Shown: piece after piece, positions 26,235 to 36,184 of the stretch | Layout: each line of letters starts with the position of its first letter | Position numbering within the stretch: the first letter of the stretch is position 1 | IMG/VR virus record: IMGVR_UViG_3300042938_001620 | Location: 1 to 36,184 of that record | Length of the DNA: 36,184 nucleotides | Direction: 5' to 3' (one strand) | From: a virus | Lineage: Duplodnaviria > Caudoviricetes | Position numbers and translations under genes: made by a program | Notes under the pieces: generated by a model | What the model was told of the DNA's origin: nothing | What the model saw: only the letters and a program-made list of their open reading frames with translations | Databases searched by the model: none

Positions 26235-26509
26235 AAACACCAACACTCAGACAAAAGGTAGCGCAATATGAAGAATTCTTACATAAGATAAATTCATTTA
26301 TAGTATCTTGCAATAATGATGGTATCAAAGAGTTGGTGGAGAATGCAGATAATTGGAGTTACAGTCACCGAATTTCAAATGGAGAACTTTCGGATAGAGA
26401 GCAACAAAAACTCATTAACAAAGCATTCTGGAAACTTTTAGATACTCCAAAAACCTATAAAACCATAGAAGAAATGCAAAAGAAATATTCAAAAGCTCAT
26501 AAAAAATAA
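26231..26509 (+). CDS. hypothetical protein
   Basis: Coupled ORF. Confidence 0.7.
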   Translation: MKTPTLRQKVAQYEEFLHKINSFIVSCNNDGIKELVENADNWSYSHRISNGELSDREQQKLINKAFWKLLDTPKTYKTIEEMQKKYSKAHKK

Positions 26510-26510
26510 T

Positions 26511-26693
26511 ATGAACGAACTCTCAAAATTTATAGGTGGTATTTTTATAGGATTTTCTATTACTTCGCTTTTAATGATTTTTTTTATAGTCGATCCAATT
26601 AAGAAAGAAGCAATCGAAAGAGGGTTTGCAGAAATGAAACTAAAAACGCCTTACGATACAGAATCAGTTTTTACTTGGAAGGAAACAAAATGA
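26511..26693 (+). CDS. small membrane protein
   Basis: N-terminal TM, KEAIERGFA...FTWK. Confidence 0.7.
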   Translation: MNELSKFIGGIFIGFSITSLLMIFFIVDPIKKEAIERGFAEMKLKTPYDTESVFTWKETK

Positions 26694-27202
26694 AAATTGA
26701 AATGATTAAAGGAGAAGACAATCCAGTAGCGAAATTTTTTTCTGCACCATCCAACACCCCAGAGACTGATGATTTTGATCGTAATTGGGATTCTTACAGC
26801 GAGCCATGGAAAGCTATTGAGTTTGCTCGAAAATTAGAAGATAAACTTAAAGAGGTACAAGCAAAGTACGATATACTTGCAGTGGAAAACCTACTAGAAG
26901 TTAATAAACTTTGCAATCAAAGAGACGCAGCAATGGATGTTTTGAGTAAAGTTTCTCATTTTTTAAGTTGTGGTATTGGAGATGAAAATACTACAGCTAA
27001 AGAATTTGGTGACAGAATTATTGATGGATTTGTTGACCTCAGTAATCGGCTTGGTGGTGAGAGAGATTTAGTGGAAGCAGAAAAAACCAATTTAATCAAA
27101 GAGTTAAAAGAAGCTTGGTTTGCTATGGATGAAATAGAAGGCACTGATAGAATAACCGATTGGCAAAACAAAAACGCACATTTATTGGAGGAAACAAAAT
27201 GA
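26690..27202 (+). CDS. hypothetical coiled-coil protein
   Basis: SNTPETD...EFARKLE motif; start trimmed. Confidence 0.7.
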   Translation: MKIEMIKGEDNPVAKFFSAPSNTPETDDFDRNWDSYSEPWKAIEFARKLEDKLKEVQAKYDILAVENLLEVNKLCNQRDAAMDVLSKVSHFLSCGIGDENTTAKEFGDRIIDGFVDLSNRLGGERDLVEAEKTNLIKELKEAWFAMDEIEGTDRITDWQNKNAHLLEETK

Positions 27203-27459
27203 GTGATGCAGATGCAGCAGAAGCCAAACTCCGCGCTGAGTGGCTACACAAACACAAAGCTCCCCAAGACTGGATCATTCTCACAGGTTCAGAAGTTTCC
27301 ACTATTCAAGTTGAACTAGAAACTATGCAACGTGAACGAGACGCAGCAATAGATGCTTTGATGAAAATTGAGGATATCTTTATTGATGGTGATGATACTT
27401 ACGAAGACTGGAAAAGTATGGGACAAATTGCCAGAACATTTTTAGAAGATAAAATATGA
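27199..27459 (+). CDS. hypothetical protein
   Basis: Start trimmed to ATGA overlap. Confidence 0.7.
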   Translation: MSDADAAEAKLRAEWLHKHKAPQDWIILTGSEVSTIQVELETMQRERDAAIDALMKIEDIFIDGDDTYEDWKSMGQIARTFLEDKI

Positions 27460-27740
27460 AAACTAAATTAAATTGGAAAAAGAAATGGTTGGATGACAAC
27501 TCTGGTTATTGGTATTCAGCAAAAGTACCTATTATTGGATGGGAATATATTGTAGATACTCATTATAATACAGGGATTAATTGTGGTTTTATTGGAGGTT
27601 TATTTTTTGGAAAGTTTGATGACGATATTACAAGAATTTCCGATAAGTTTTATAAAACAGAAGAAGCTGCTATTAAAGATTGTGAAAAACACTTGCGAAA
27701 TATCGCAAAAAAATTTAACAAATGGATTAATAAAAAATGA
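27456..27740 (+). CDS. hypothetical protein
   Basis: Coupled ORF. Confidence 0.7.
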   Translation: MKTKLNWKKKWLDDNSGYWYSAKVPIIGWEYIVDTHYNTGINCGFIGGLFFGKFDDDITRISDKFYKTEEAAIKDCEKHLRNIAKKFNKWINKK

Positions 27741-27937
27741 AGAATTGGACAGAAAAATTAAAAAGTTTAACTTTAGATAATAGTGAAATTACTGAAAGTA
27801 AAATATTATATAATTTGCCTTACGAAAAACATAATGATTGGGATAATTTTATGAGAGGAAAAACATGTCCAATTCTTGATAATGGAGATCATGGAGTATA
27901 TAGTTGCGATTTAAAACAATTTTTAGCTACATTTTAA
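27737..27937 (+). CDS. hypothetical protein
   Basis: Coupled ORF. Confidence 0.65.
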   Translation: MKNWTEKLKSLTLDNSEITESKILYNLPYEKHNDWDNFMRGKTCPILDNGDHGVYSCDLKQFLATF

Positions 27938-27939
27938 TT

Positions 27940-28212
27940 ATGTACAAAGAACCACTAACAACATTAGAACTTAGAATTATAGAACAATTTGGTAAAATTG
28001 TTAAAAAATTTAGAATTTTACATCACGGTTGGGACATGGATGGTTATGGATATATTGTCGCAGATGGTAAAATAAATAAGATTGTAACTACGGATCATGG
28101 AAAACCGTTTGTTGTTGACTCTAGTTACTTAAATACTAAAATTAGAGAATATGGTGATGTTATTTTAGAAATTGATGAAGCTATTAAAATTTCTAAAAAC
28201 GAAAAAAATTAA
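27940..28212 (+). CDS. hypothetical protein, paralogue of the 31026 C-terminal domain
   Basis: HHGWDMDGYGYIV...TDHG versus HHEWECDGYGFIV...TDHG. Confidence 0.75.
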   Translation: MYKEPLTTLELRIIEQFGKIVKKFRILHHGWDMDGYGYIVADGKINKIVTTDHGKPFVVDSSYLNTKIREYGDVILEIDEAIKISKNEKN

Positions 28213-28230
28213 ATATAAATTTTTAGAAAT

Positions 28231-28806
28231 ATGATTAATAAAATTAAAATTACAAACTTATCTGATGCGGAAAGTTATAGTTTCAACAAAAATAACAAAG
28301 ATTATAATGTTTGGATTTCTGTTGTGGGTGATGAGGACAGAAAAAAAATTAATAGAATGAGAAAAAATTTTATAGAAAAGAATGTAAAATTTTTTTATCA
28401 GTTTTTTGCTGATTGGTCTGATGATGATGGTATTCAATGGAATCATTTAAAACAAGAAGCTCCTCAATTACAACATATTCAAAATATTATATCCTTTTTA
28501 AAACCATTTGCAGAGGACGATAAGCCCCATAGTCTAGGGGTTAATTGTTTTGCTGGTATTTCTAGGTCTACTGCTATTGGTATTACAGCCTTGGTAATGG
28601 CAGGAAGAACACCAGAACAAGCATTGTCTGAAATTTTAAAGGACAGAGCCATAGCATGGCCTAATTTGCGTATTCTAGGATTTGCTTCTGATATTCTTAA
28701 TATTGATATTCATGGTCATGTTTCAGATTGGAAAAAAGGAGTTTTGAATGATGATACCATCATAACATGTTATGATGATCTTAGAGAGTTAAATAGAACT
28801 TTTTGA
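28231..28806 (+). CDS. protein-tyrosine/dual-specificity phosphatase-like protein
   Basis: CX5R loop VNCFAGISRSTA, R...WPN. Confidence 0.85.
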   Translation: MINKIKITNLSDAESYSFNKNNKDYNVWISVVGDEDRKKINRMRKNFIEKNVKFFYQFFADWSDDDGIQWNHLKQEAPQLQHIQNIISFLKPFAEDDKPHSLGVNCFAGISRSTAIGITALVMAGRTPEQALSEILKDRAIAWPNLRILGFASDILNIDIHGHVSDWKKGVLNDDTIITCYDDLRELNRTF

Positions 28807-28821
28807 TTTTTATATTAAAAT

Positions 28822-29439
28822 ATGACTGAAGAAAAATTTATAGCCAAAAATCATTGTTTAAAAGATATGCCTAAAAAACCTCAAACATTTCTTAGGAAGA
28901 TTAAAGAATATATGTTCGAGAAATATGGTATTTGGGATTTGTTTGATTTGTTTCCTTATGGTTGGAGGATGACTTATTATGATAAGATTAGACCAATCTT
29001 TAACCCCCAAAACAAAAGAATCCGTAAATGTATTCCTCGTACATGGGCTGATGTTTCTCATCTTATGGTTGATGTTAATTTTGAATTCATTAAAGTTTTT
29101 TATGAGGACGAATTTAAAGCAGATATTGTAGATTGGGAAGCAACAGAACAACATAGTGAATTTGCAAAATGGTTAGAACTTTCTTATAAATGGATAACAC
29201 AACGCAGACCACAGTTGCAAAAAGATTTAGAAAATGCTTACCCTACATCTAAACCAATAGATGAAATGTTTCAAATCAAAACGGATGAAAACGGAAGAAG
29301 ACTTTTTGAGTTTAAAGATGATGGTATTCCTTATGAAGTAAAATACAAAGAAGTAAATCGAATTGAAGAATTGATTGAAAATAAAGATACTGAAATTTTA
29401 ATTGAATTTATAAAACGTAGAAATTATTTTTGGACATAA
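28822..29439 (+). CDS. conserved phage hypothetical protein
   Basis: 205-aa ORF ending RRNYFWT. Confidence 0.75.
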   Translation: MTEEKFIAKNHCLKDMPKKPQTFLRKIKEYMFEKYGIWDLFDLFPYGWRMTYYDKIRPIFNPQNKRIRKCIPRTWADVSHLMVDVNFEFIKVFYEDEFKADIVDWEATEQHSEFAKWLELSYKWITQRRPQLQKDLENAYPTSKPIDEMFQIKTDENGRRLFEFKDDGIPYEVKYKEVNRIEELIENKDTEILIEFIKRRNYFWT

Positions 29440-29604
29440 GTTTTTAAATATATGCAATATTCGTAATGACTATTATTTGTTGTATGCACTCCAATATAAA
29501 ATTTGCTATTGATTTTGTTAATAATTTTATGTATAATATAAAGATGGTCCATAATAATACTTGTCTAAAACAGTCAAACAATAACAAAAATAAGGAGAAT
29601 TTTT

Positions 29605-30192
29605 ATGTCAATGTTTGATAATATAAAATGCGAAAAAGAAATACCACTTAATGATGAACTAAAAACTCTAGATGTTAAGTGGAATGAGGTTACTTTCCAA
29701 ACTAAAGATCTGGAGAATTGTTTATCTGACTATAGAATAACACATGATGGTGAATTGGTAGAAGATGTAGTAGAGAAAGAATTTACTTACTATACAGAAA
29801 AGGAAAGAAAGAAACTAAAAGGTTGGCACTTCATAAAAGATGAAAGGATTATTAACGAATACTCTAAAAAAGTAGAGTATCATGGTACTATAAGGTTTTA
29901 TGAAATGTTTGATTTAAACGAAGAACATGATATTTGGGCTGAATTTGATGCACATTTTATATATGGAAAGCTAGATAAAATTGAATTAGCTAAAACCAAA
30001 AAACAAGAATGTAGAAAAATTCGAGTAGATCAGTGGGAAAAAGAATATAAAGAAAAGATAAACAGTTTTTCATATAAATTAAAAAAATATTCTGGATATT
30101 TTTGGTTGTTTAAACTGTTGAGTAGATTTTGCTATAAAATGTATAATTTTTTTGGTAAACTCCATACATTCTTTATCAGAAACATCATTTAA
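29605..30192 (+). CDS. conserved phage hypothetical protein
   Basis: MSMFDNI...FQTKDL...WAEFDAHF..G; AAGGAG Shine-Dalgarno upstream. Confidence 0.78.
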   Translation: MSMFDNIKCEKEIPLNDELKTLDVKWNEVTFQTKDLENCLSDYRITHDGELVEDVVEKEFTYYTEKERKKLKGWHFIKDERIINEYSKKVEYHGTIRFYEMFDLNEEHDIWAEFDAHFIYGKLDKIELAKTKKQECRKIRVDQWEKEYKEKINSFSYKLKKYSGYFWLFKLLSRFCYKMYNFFGKLHTFFIRNII

Positions 30193-30488
30193 TGAAATAC
30201 GAACAATTCAAAAAATTAATAGAAACTATAGAACATATTAAAAAAAGAACATCTTCTATATATGATTTAGGATTGGATTTAATAAACTTTGAAGATGAAT
30301 ATTTTAAAATTGTTAATATTCTTATGGATAGTGTCTTTGAAAAAGAAGGTCATGATTGGATTGATTGGTATCTTTATGAAAGGGATGGATTCAAAGATAA
30401 AAAAAATCTAGCAACCGATGGAAATGGTAATGAAATATGTTATGATATCCCATCTCTTTGGAAAACAGTAAAAGAATATTTAAAATAA
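30192..30488 (+). CDS. hypothetical protein
   Basis: DWIDWYLYE motif. Confidence 0.72.
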   Translation: MKYEQFKKLIETIEHIKKRTSSIYDLGLDLINFEDEYFKIVNILMDSVFEKEGHDWIDWYLYERDGFKDKKNLATDGNGNEICYDIPSLWKTVKEYLK

Positions 30489-30511
30489 AAACAATTACTT
30501 GAAGAATTAAT

Positions 30512-30775
30512 ATGATAAAAAAATTTATAGAACCAACAGGAGATGTCTGTGTTAAATTCACAGAAGATGAATTAAACGAACTTGGAATTAAACAAGGTGA
30601 TAAATTTTCCTTTGTAGAAAAAGAAAACGGAATTTTACTTGAAAAATTTGTTAAAGTAAATATAGATATATCAGAATGGAGTAGAGATATTCTTGAAATG
30701 TTGATTTCAGAATCATGTGAAAAGGATATATCGATAAATGATATTATTTCTAATATTTTAGAAAAATATATTTAA
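30512..30775 (+). CDS. AbrB/SpoVT-like DNA-binding protein
   Basis: G..VKF.ED.LNELGIKQGDKFSF..KENGILL. Confidence 0.55.
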   Translation: MIKKFIEPTGDVCVKFTEDELNELGIKQGDKFSFVEKENGILLEKFVKVNIDISEWSRDILEMLISESCEKDISINDIISNILEKYI

Positions 30776-30783
30776 AAAAAATA

Positions 30784-30933
30784 ATGAAAATTTACCATAA
30801 AGATGTTTGGAGTTTTTGGATATTTAAAAGATATTCAATTTATATTGAAGACGAATTTCAATCTTTAACAGAAGTTTTAGTTGATAAACAAACTTGGGAA
30901 AAATACAATATAGGAGATATTTATGTGCCTTGA
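30784..30933 (+). CDS. 49-aa hypothetical protein
   Basis: MKIYHKDVWSFW...YNIGDIYVP; fills the gap. Confidence 0.6.
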   Translation: MKIYHKDVWSFWIFKRYSIYIEDEFQSLTEVLVDKQTWEKYNIGDIYVP

Positions 30934-31025
30934 AAAAAGAATAGAAAAAACTAGAACAAAAAATAAAACAATTAGAAGAACAAAACATTTTTAGTGTTTT
31001 TAATAAAGAAGAGTTTAAGAAACAA

Positions 31026-31427
31026 ATGTTTGATTCAGATACTAATTTTTTTAATAGTATTCATAATTTAGAATCTTATAAAAATCCTATAGATGTTATT
31101 ACGTCACCAATAGATAATTTTGATTATTCAGAATATCCTGATATTTTAGGGTCATGGGATCAAGATTTTACACCTAAATTAAATACAAAAGAAAAAAAGA
31201 TTCAAGATGTTTATGGTAAAATAATTTACAGGTTTGAAGTTTATCATCATGAATGGGAATGTGATGGATATGGATTTATAGTAATAGATAAAGATAAAAA
31301 ATATCAACTTGTTTTAACCGATCACGGAAATGCATATATTTCATCTCTAAAAGAATTAAAAAATTTTATAAATTCTTATAAAGATTTAATAAAAAAAACC
31401 GAACAAGCTTGCTCGTTTTTAGAATAA
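31026..31427 (+). CDS. hypothetical protein (possibly starts at 30923 across a frameshift)
   Basis: Paralogue of 27940; frame open back to about 30950. Confidence 0.7.
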   Translation: MFDSDTNFFNSIHNLESYKNPIDVITSPIDNFDYSEYPDILGSWDQDFTPKLNTKEKKIQDVYGKIIYRFEVYHHEWECDGYGFIVIDKDKKYQLVLTDHGNAYISSLKELKNFINSYKDLIKKTEQACSFLE

Positions 31428-31527
31428 TTAAAACTCGAAATAAAAATATTGATACACATATTATCAATTGGAAAAAGAATTGTTTATCTTCGTCTGACTT
31501 ATTTTTACCACCAGATAGAATGCAAAA

Positions 31528-32433
31528 TTAACAACTAAATAATTTTATCCAGTTTATAATTTTTTTAGACCAATCATAATTTTCTTTGGCATATTCCTGT
31601 ACATCTAAACATTTTTTAATATATTCTACTGAATTACCTTTATAGTAATTTAAAATGTTTGTTGTATTTTCTATGAAAGAATTTTCTTCCATTGGTACAA
31701 GAATTCCTCCACCTTTAGGTGCATTTTCTTCAAAATATCCAACAGGAGTTCCTATTGGAAGTCTACCAGAAGCAGCACATTCCATAACAGGAAGACCGCC
31801 TGCTTCTTCTATAGATGACATGATTACACAATCAACCTTTGTGTAATATGATGGCATACATAGATGATTATAAAATTTGTGTTTATATATTTCCAATCCT
31901 TCTATACTTTCAACAATTTTGGGAACCAAATTAGGTCTTTTTATTTCTTGTCCAAAAAAGTTTTTAGTTTCATTTGAACCACCATATCCAATAACTTTAA
32001 GTTGATTTGATGGTTTTGAATAAAAATGATCGAAATGAATTCCTAATTCAACAATGTCAGGAACTCTAGAAATTTTCCATTCATCACATTTCTTTTTTAA
32101 TATATTTGAAATTACACCAAATCCTTTTAATAAAGGATAAAAATCTAAACGAGCTTGGCTTTTAGCCAATAAAATATCCCATTGTCCATGTGCTATTGTT
32201 ATTATTTTCTCAAATGGAATTTTATATACATCATGTAATGCCATAACAGCATCTGGCATTGTTACAAAAATATCATATTTTTCAGATAATAAAGAAAATT
32301 CTTCTGGTGTATAAGAAACTGTCCAATCTAATAGGTTACAATAAAATCCATGTTTGTATAATTCTTTTATTAAACCATTATGTATGGTTCCAAATGCCCA
32401 TCTATTTTGTGTGAAAAATAATATATTTTTCAT
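31528..32433 (-). CDS. glycosyltransferase, GT-B (GT4-like)
   Basis: SSIEEAGGLPVMECAASG.LPIGTPVG, YDW. Confidence 0.85.
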   Translation of the reverse strand: MKNILFFTQNRWAFGTIHNGLIKELYKHGFYCNLLDWTVSYTPEEFSLLSEKYDIFVTMPDAVMALHDVYKIPFEKIITIAHGQWDILLAKSQARLDFYPLLKGFGVISNILKKKCDEWKISRVPDIVELGIHFDHFYSKPSNQLKVIGYGGSNETKNFFGQEIKRPNLVPKIVESIEGLEIYKHKFYNHLCMPSYYTKVDCVIMSSIEEAGGLPVMECAASGRLPIGTPVGYFEENAPKGGGILVPMEENSFIENTTNILNYYKGNSVEYIKKCLDVQEYAKENYDWSKKIINWIKLFSC

Positions 32434-33026
32434 TTTATCCAATTTGGAAAATTATAAACAAATTTATCTTTTGGTGAAAGATGTCCTTTTATAACACAAT
32501 AATGAAAATAACAAGGTTCTATTTTGGGATCATTATGCCATCCTCCAAAATTTGAAACATAATAGACAACATTAAATTTTGATGTAAGATCATTTAATGT
32601 AAAATTATTTTTATGAATTTCGTAATGGTTTTCTTCTGAATCATCCTGTGGAAGATTTGTGGGCCATATTGCAATCAACCATTTTGTTCTATATAAAAAA
32701 TAATCCAAATAATCTACCACTTCTGTTCTAAACAAATGTTCTAAAACATCACCTATAATAACAACATCATATCTATTTTTACTATCTTCCTTTGAGAATT
32801 TTTGAATATCTTTATTATATATTTTATTATATAATGAATTTAAATTATATTCTTCTATGTATTTTTCGGTGGGTTCTATTCCTTCCAAAATTATATTTGG
32901 ATTTATTTTTTTTACTATATTTCCATTTTTACCTGAACCAGAGCCTACATCCAATACCTTTTCTGGAGATAGTCTATATATATGATCAGATAAAACATTA
33001 TCAAATGTATTTGATGAGTATGGCAT
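32430..33026 (-). CDS. class I SAM-dependent methyltransferase
   Basis: VLDVGSGSG, GIE, GDVLEH. Confidence 0.88.
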   Translation of the reverse strand: MPYSSNTFDNVLSDHIYRLSPEKVLDVGSGSGKNGNIVKKINPNIILEGIEPTEKYIEEYNLNSLYNKIYNKDIQKFSKEDSKNRYDVVIIGDVLEHLFRTEVVDYLDYFLYRTKWLIAIWPTNLPQDDSEENHYEIHKNNFTLNDLTSKFNVVYYVSNFGGWHNDPKIEPCYFHYCVIKGHLSPKDKFVYNFPNWIK

Positions 33027-33028
33027 TT

Positions 33029-34147
33029 TTATGGATATATTTTAGTTAGAGCATTTAGTTTTTGTTTGTTGGATTCTTCATACCAGCCTTTTCCTGTATA
33101 AACATTATAAACATCTTGGAAATATTTTTCATACATCTCTCCTACTTTTTCAAGAGAGAAATTTTCTCCCCATTTTCTACAATTAATTGGTTTTATTTCA
33201 TCTATATTTTTAATAGCTTGAATAAAATCACCCATAGTTCTACACCTATATCCGGTAACACCATGTAAATTATTTTCAGCAAAGCAACCCCAATCTGTTG
33301 TTATTGTTGGAGTTCCTGATAGTAAATTTTCAACCTGAACACCACCAAATGGTTCTACATACATACTTGGTAAAAAACTAGCCTTGGCTTTACACATAAG
33401 TTTTTTTCTTGTTTCCACATCAGCATATCCTATATATTCTACGTGTTTAGGTAATACATAACCACTCTCCTTTTGACCAGCTATAACTAATTTAACACCA
33501 GCCATTTCTGTTGCTTGAATAGCAACATTTACACCTTTGCCATCATAGACTCTTCCCAAGTATAAAAAATAATCATCTTTTTTTTCTTCAAAACTAAAAT
33601 CATCTAAATCAAAATAATTAGGAATTACTGCCTCATACCAATCTTGATTACACTGACCAACGTTTTTCAATCCACAATAGGCATGATAAATTGCATAAGA
33701 TTCAAATATTTTCCAACGAGCAAAATGACCTCCTGCATAACCAATACCAGGTTCAACAACAATCATATCACTATGAGCATCACAAATAGGTCTTACACCT
33801 GCACCCCAAAATGGTAAAAGAAAATCATTTTTTTGTTTTCTTTTTTGAATTTCTTTTATAGCATTTTTAAAGAAAGTTGTATATGCATGGTCATTCATAT
33901 CAAATTTGAAAAAATTATTTTTCCAATCATGTGATCCATAAGACTTTTCAAAATCTTTATTTGTTAATACTGTTACATGTTCATCACAAATTAGGTCAGA
34001 ATCTTCATGACCATAATGAATAATATGATGACCTCTTTCTTTCATCATTTTTGCGAATTTTACAACCTTTTGCGTGTAAGCACATGCATTGAAAGTTTTA
34101 CTTGAAACTGTATGTGGTAATCCTAGTAAGTGGTATCTATGTTTCAT
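33029..34147 (-). CDS. glycosyltransferase, GT4 family
   Basis: YLGRV..GKG, EPFGGVQVE..LSGTP.ITTDWG. Confidence 0.9.
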   Translation of the reverse strand: MKHRYHLLGLPHTVSSKTFNACAYTQKVVKFAKMMKERGHHIIHYGHEDSDLICDEHVTVLTNKDFEKSYGSHDWKNNFFKFDMNDHAYTTFFKNAIKEIQKRKQKNDFLLPFWGAGVRPICDAHSDMIVVEPGIGYAGGHFARWKIFESYAIYHAYCGLKNVGQCNQDWYEAVIPNYFDLDDFSFEEKKDDYFLYLGRVYDGKGVNVAIQATEMAGVKLVIAGQKESGYVLPKHVEYIGYADVETRKKLMCKAKASFLPSMYVEPFGGVQVENLLSGTPTITTDWGCFAENNLHGVTGYRCRTMGDFIQAIKNIDEIKPINCRKWGENFSLEKVGEMYEKYFQDVYNVYTGKGWYEESNKQKLNALTKIYP

Positions 34148-34202
34148 TATATAATTTGCTTATATAAGATTTAACAAATTATATTTTTTTTTCAAGTACT
34201 AA

Positions 34203-36184
34203 TCACCAATTAATATCAAACTCAAGTCTTTTCCAAGTATTGGTATCTACACAAACATATAAATGAGTTGAATCATAAGCAATAGAACCAATATCTCCCA
34301 GATCAGAAGATAAGGTTGGAACTATTCCGGTTAATATTGGTCCAGCTTGTCCTGTTGCACCATCAAAACCAGTGGAACCTTGTAAACCTGTGGAACCTTG
34401 TAATCCTGTTGCTCCTAAACCGGTAGCTCCATCAAAACCTGTTGCTCCAAAACCAGTAGCACCATCAAAACCAGTAGCGCCATCGAATCCTGTTGCTCCT
34501 TGTAAACCAGTAGCTCCATCAAAACCTGTTGCTCCATCAAATCCTGTTGCACCTACTGGTCCACCACTTGGTCCAGTTGCGCCAACATCGCCAGTCGCAC
34601 CTTGTTCCCCTGTGGCTCCTGTCAACCCAGTAGCTCCATCGCTACCTGCAATTCCTGTTGCACCATGATCGCCTGTGGCTCCAGTAATACCAGTAGCTCC
34701 AGCTTCTCCTTGTAAACCAGTTGCGCCATCAACACCAGCAACACCTGTCGCTCCTGTGCTGCCTTGAATCCCCGCTCCAGTAGCACCTGTGGCTCCAGCA
34801 ATAGTTGCAGTTGTTTGAATCGTTCCATCACCAAATTTAATGCCACTTGTATCAACTGAAAGTGCAACTGTTGCGTCTGGAGTTACGCCAACACCAACTC
34901 GTCCAGCATTGCTAACCACAAATGCTGTAGCGTCTGGTGTTGTTTCATCTTCAACCCGCAAAGCCTCTCCTGCGCCTCGTTGCGTAACGCGCAATGCCGT
35001 TGTTGCACTTGTAAGATCAATTGATTGTGGTTGATTAAAAGCATTCTGTAAGTTTGTTTGTGCGGTGTTATAAACTGTGGAATTTGATCTGTATGCCAAT
35101 CTATTTCCGTTTGTGATCCATACATCTCCATTTACTGTTGTTGCTGGATTTGTACCTGTAATTGAATTTCCGATATTTAATTTGGAAGCGGTATCATCTG
35201 CGGCAACTACCAACTTGCCCGTCATTGTATCGCCGGACTTTTGAACGAATGCAGATGTATCTGGTGCGATACCTGTTGCACCCGTTAAACCCGTTGCGCC
35301 AGTAGCACCATCCACACCAGCAATACCTGTGGCTCCTGTAGCTCCCGTCACGCTTGCGCCTGTCGCGCCAGTTGCACCAGAACCAGTTGCACCTGTTAAT
35401 CCTGTAGCTCCATCAAAACCTGTGGAACCTTGTAAACCTGTAGCTCCATCAAAACCTGTTGCACCAGAACCAGTTGCACCTGTTAATCCTGTAGCTCCAT
35501 CAAAACCTGTGGAACCTGTTGCTCCATCAAAACCAGTGGAACCTTGTAAACCAGTTGCTCCATCAAAACCAGTTGCTCCATCAAAACCTGTAGAACCTTG
35601 TAATCCAGTTGCTCCATCAAAACCTGTTGCTCCATCAAAACCAGTGGAACCTTGTAAACCTGTAGAACCATCAAAACCAGTGGAACCTTGTAAACCTGTG
35701 GAACCATCAAAACCTGTTGCTCCATCAAAACCAGTGGAACCTTGTAAACCTGTAGAACCATCAAAACCAGTGGAACCTTGTAAACCTGTGGAACCATCAA
35801 AACCTGTAGAACCTTGTAATCCAGTTGCTCCATCAAAACCTGTTGCTCCATCAAAACCAGTGGAACCTTGTAAACCTGTAGAACCTTGTAAACCTGTAGA
35901 ACCATCAAAACCTGTTGCACCAGAACCAGTTGCACCTGTTAATCCTGTAGCTCCATCAAAACCTGTGGAACCTGTAGCTCCATCAAAACCTGTTGCACCA
36001 GAACCAGTTGCACCTGTTAATCCTGTAGCTCCATCAAAACCTGTGGAACCTGTAGATCCATCAAAACCTGTTGCACCAGAACCAGTTGCACCTGTTAATC
36101 CTGTAGCTCCATCAAAACCTGTGGAACCTGTAGCTCCATCAAAACCTGTTGCACCAGAACCAGTTGCACCTGTTAATCCTGTAG
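34203..36184 (-). CDS. collagen-like tail/virion fibre protein (5' end outside the window)
   Basis: G-X-Y repeats ([12 protein letters not shown]), [11 protein letters not shown] tail-fibre motif, C-terminal [17 protein letters not shown]; frame stays open upstream of 35351. Confidence 0.88.
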   Translation of the reverse strand, partial: TGLTGATGSGATGFDGATGSTGFDGATGLTGATGSGATGFDGSTGSTGFDGATGLTGATGSGATGFDGATGSTGFDGATGLTGATGSGATGFDGSTGLQGSTGLQGSTGFDGATGFDGATGLQGSTGFDGSTGLQGSTGFDGSTGLQGSTGFDGATGFDGSTGLQGSTGFDGSTGLQGSTGFDGATGFDGATGLQGSTGFDGATGFDGATGLQGSTGFDGATGSTGFDGATGLTGATGSGATGFDGATGLQGSTGFDGATGLTGATGSGATGATGASVTGATGATGIAGVDGATGATGLTGATGIAPDTSAFVQKSGDTMTGKLVVAADDTASKLNIGNSITGTNPATTVNGDVWITNGNRLAYRSNSTVYNTAQTNLQNAFNQPQSIDLTSATTALRVTQRGAGEALRVEDETTPDATAFVVSNAGRVGVGVTPDATVALSVDTSGIKFGDGTIQTTATIAGATGATGAGIQGSTGATGVAGVDGATGLQGEAGATGITGATGDHGATGIAGSDGATGLTGATGEQGATGDVGATGPSGGPVGATGFDGATGFDGATGLQGATGFDGATGFDGATGFGATGFDGATGLGATGLQGSTGLQGSTGFDGATGQAGPILTGIVPTLSSDLGDIGSIAYDSTHLYVCVDTNTWKRLEFDINW
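35917..36184 (-). repeat. 78-bp higher-order tandem repeat within the collagen region
   Basis: Units begin on the + strand at 35917, 35995, 36073 and 36151. Confidence 0.85.

Noticed and set aside
1275-33268. Short antisense or overlapping ORFs in the track (e.g. 1275, 2109, 4215, 11772, 13328, 15211, 24065, 28858, 31655, 32792)
   Set aside because: Lie within better-supported genes on the opposite strand or in another frame
34372-35935. PVAP-rich and VLMEQ-rich ORFs
   Set aside because: Antisense or alternate-frame shadows of the collagen repeat
1-36184. Stop-codon reassignment
   Set aside because: Genes tile densely and intact under the standard code, and no suppressor tRNA is seen; TAG is rare but nothing requires readthrough

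Overview
AT-rich, gene-dense segment of a large lytic tailed phage (T4-like or jumbo myovirus style), standard genetic code. The host is plausibly Verrucomicrobia/PVC (inferred, not shown). On the + strand, 1-7.8 kb holds virion/late and metabolic genes (ADP-ribosyltransferase-like protein, structural protein, HTH-metallophosphoesterase, GMP reductase-like protein). At 7.88-9.13 kb lies the most unusual feature, a non-coding RNA operon: sigma70 promoter, pseudoknotted leader, boxA-like site, four unassigned stem-closed RNA modules, a degenerate tRNA-Thr, a tRNA-like RNA whose anticodon arm is replaced by a 62-nt branched domain, a tmRNA with a 33-aa tag, and tRNA-Tyr. 9.1-31.4 kb is an accessory region of small genes (HNH, phosphoesterase, Rnl1-like RNA ligase, BspA-type LRR protein, sulfotransferase, ThyX, three YopX proteins, PTP-like phosphatase), many apparently expressed as leaderless mRNAs. 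On the - strand, 31.5-36.2 kb encodes a collagen-like fibre (running off the window), two glycosyltransferases and a methyltransferase. All calls come from motif recognition and manual folding; no searches were run.
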